The notes under the pieces were generated by a model. It did no database searches and had not been told where the DNA came from. It saw only the letters and a program-made list of their open reading frames with translations. Made by a program: the position numbers and the translations under genes. Shown piece by piece: positions 62,479 to 64,000 of a stretch of DNA of 64,000 nucleotides. The stretch is taken from assembly GCA_052426225.1 (NCBI GenBank), contig JBNJNM010000011.1, forward strand, positions 1,860,001 to 1,924,000. The letters are read 5' to 3'. Position 1 is the first letter of the stretch, and every line of letters starts with the position of its first letter. Origin of the DNA: Zancudomyces culisetae HAW-14-8. Lineage: Eukaryota; Fungi; Kickxellomycota.

Positions 62479-63261
62479 TTAGTTTAGCCATTTTGGTTTA
62501 TACAAGGGGTTAACCCTAACAGTTTGGTCAAAGACTTCGATAAATTCCTGGTCACCCATCCGTATTTTGTTTCCCGAAAAGCGCTGAAACTCATCAAAGA
62601 TTGCTGTCATTGACCAGGACTGTATCCGTCGTAAACAGCCTACAATACAACCTGTTCTTCGCACTCCGCGATCGCAATGTACCAGTATTGGATGGTTTCG
62701 GGTATCCAACATTTTAGTAATGATTTTGCAAACGGCTGCTTGTTCCATTTCTTTGAAGGGTTCCTAAGAAGTATAATAAAACAAAATAAGATATAATAAT
62801 TGGGAATGGGAATGGGAATGGGTTTCAGTTGGTTATTCGATAGTGAATATATCTGCAATCGTGATTTCACTTTTAGTCTTTTCTCTTTTTTTTTTGCAAA
62901 TGAAAAGAAAAAAAAAGTAGAAGAAGTCTAAAGTCTATTTATTTATCGCTACGACTTTGTCATTTACATTTTAATGAAAAATATGGCTTACATTGTTTAA
63001 CTTGACTTTATAGTGAGTGAATTCAATGTTGTTATCTTGACAAAAGGTGGTGTGGTAATCGAGACATTTACTGTCACTAACGTAGATGATTGATTTTAGG
63101 CCTAGCTCCAGCAGAAACTGGTGGTTTTTTACTGAGGGGAAGCCAGAACGGTATATTCCAGGCATGATCATTGAAAAGTTTAGTGGGGGTACGATTAAAG
63201 CATGATTAGGCTCGTCTGTTGGGTCATTTCTGGTGGTATTATGATCTTTGATTGTATCCAT
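62479..63261 (-). CDS. SIW14/OCA-family (PFA-DSP) phosphatase, 2 exons (63261-62992, 62763-62479)
   Basis: PPLNFSMI.PGIYRSGFP, NHPILVHCDRGVRRTGCIVGCLRR.Q.W and IFDEF.RF..K.R..DQEFIE. Confidence 0.88.
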
Positions 63262-63376
63262 TATTATTGTTTGGTCTGGTTTAGCATTTTTGGGATATTT
63301 ATTTTTATTCTATATTAATCTATATTATTTTTTGGCTTTTGGCTTGCATTTGGTAAAAGTTTGAAGGGCCAAGAAA

Positions 63377-63379
63377 AAA

Positions 63380-63418
<39 letters not shown>
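63377..63418. repeat. (AAAT)n microsatellite
   Basis: About ten AAAT units upstream of the SIW14-like gene. Confidence 0.9.
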
Positions 63419-64000
63419 AAGTGGTTTAGAGCAAATGTGGATAGTTTAAAGCTTTGGTATTCCAAATTATTTTCGGTATTTATTTAAATCACCAAAATAG
63501 ACTTTGAACTGGTACGGAAATAAAGGGTAGGAGGAATGGGGATGAGTGAAAGGAAAAAATGTATGGTATTTGATATACATGTACAAACCATCATGGTTTA
63601 AAAGATATACACAAAACTACGCTAGTGTTGGTACAAGTACAAGAAGGGGGAAGGAGGAGCAAGTATTTTCAAAAGAATACAAAAGCTTAAAAAGAGCAAG
63701 TTTGTAAAAGTTGATTTTTTTAAATGGTTGAGATATTTCTTTACATTTATGATGCGGGTCTTTTTCCAATAAAGAAACGAAGAAAATGAATAAATAAATA
63801 AATAAAATGTAGAAAGTAGAAATGGTCAGGGTAAAGGTAAAGGTAAAGGTAATTTGATTAAAAGTATTTCTGGACTTGATTGTTATTTTTATATTTTGAT
63901 ATAGGAGATTTAATTCGCAAATTTAAATGAAAATATAAAAAAACAGAGATAAAATAAAATAAAATAAAATATATAAAATGATACGGATATTAAATTAAAT

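Noticed and set aside
1-64000. Selenoprotein (in-frame TGA/SECIS), CRISPR, intact transposon, U12-type intron or altered genetic code
   Set aside because: Looked for because some early-diverging fungi use selenocysteine. All reconstructed genes read with the standard code and GT-AG introns, and no such elements were seen by eye.

Overview
AT-rich, intron-containing eukaryotic DNA from a fungus, most likely an early-diverging lineage. Kickxellomycotina/Harpellales-like is an inference from gene content and style, not proven. The window holds about 25 protein genes and one tRNA-Val(AAC). Most are housekeeping genes: the POL1 3' end, RPF1, SAH1, ARB1, CTR9, CIA2, SEC17, an ADP/ATP carrier, YIH1/IMPACT, PXMP4, VMA21, EBP, GWT1, PPT1, OLE1, GatA/HER2 and an SIW14-like phosphatase. 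It also holds a Pga1-like gene, a half-size ABCA transporter, a secreted GDSL lipase, an SDR and a RING-H2 E3. Several genes are fragmented in, or missing from, the ORF track and were rebuilt by hand from GT-AG introns with phase checks. Most interesting: (1) an intact but divergent 4-exon CFAP20/Bug22 gene, a ciliary inner-junction protein, in a probably non-flagellated fungus; (2) an ADP/ATP carrier of the animal/amoebozoan type rather than the yeast/plant AAC type; (3) a 3-exon gene with a SPIDR/DUF4502-like domain; (4) convergent genes whose stop codons are 0 bp and 10 bp apart; (5) a G/C strand skew that flips inside genes, with A(n)T(n) tracts and G-quadruplex motifs at intergenic switch points. 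All family assignments come from recalled motifs; no searches or alignments were run.
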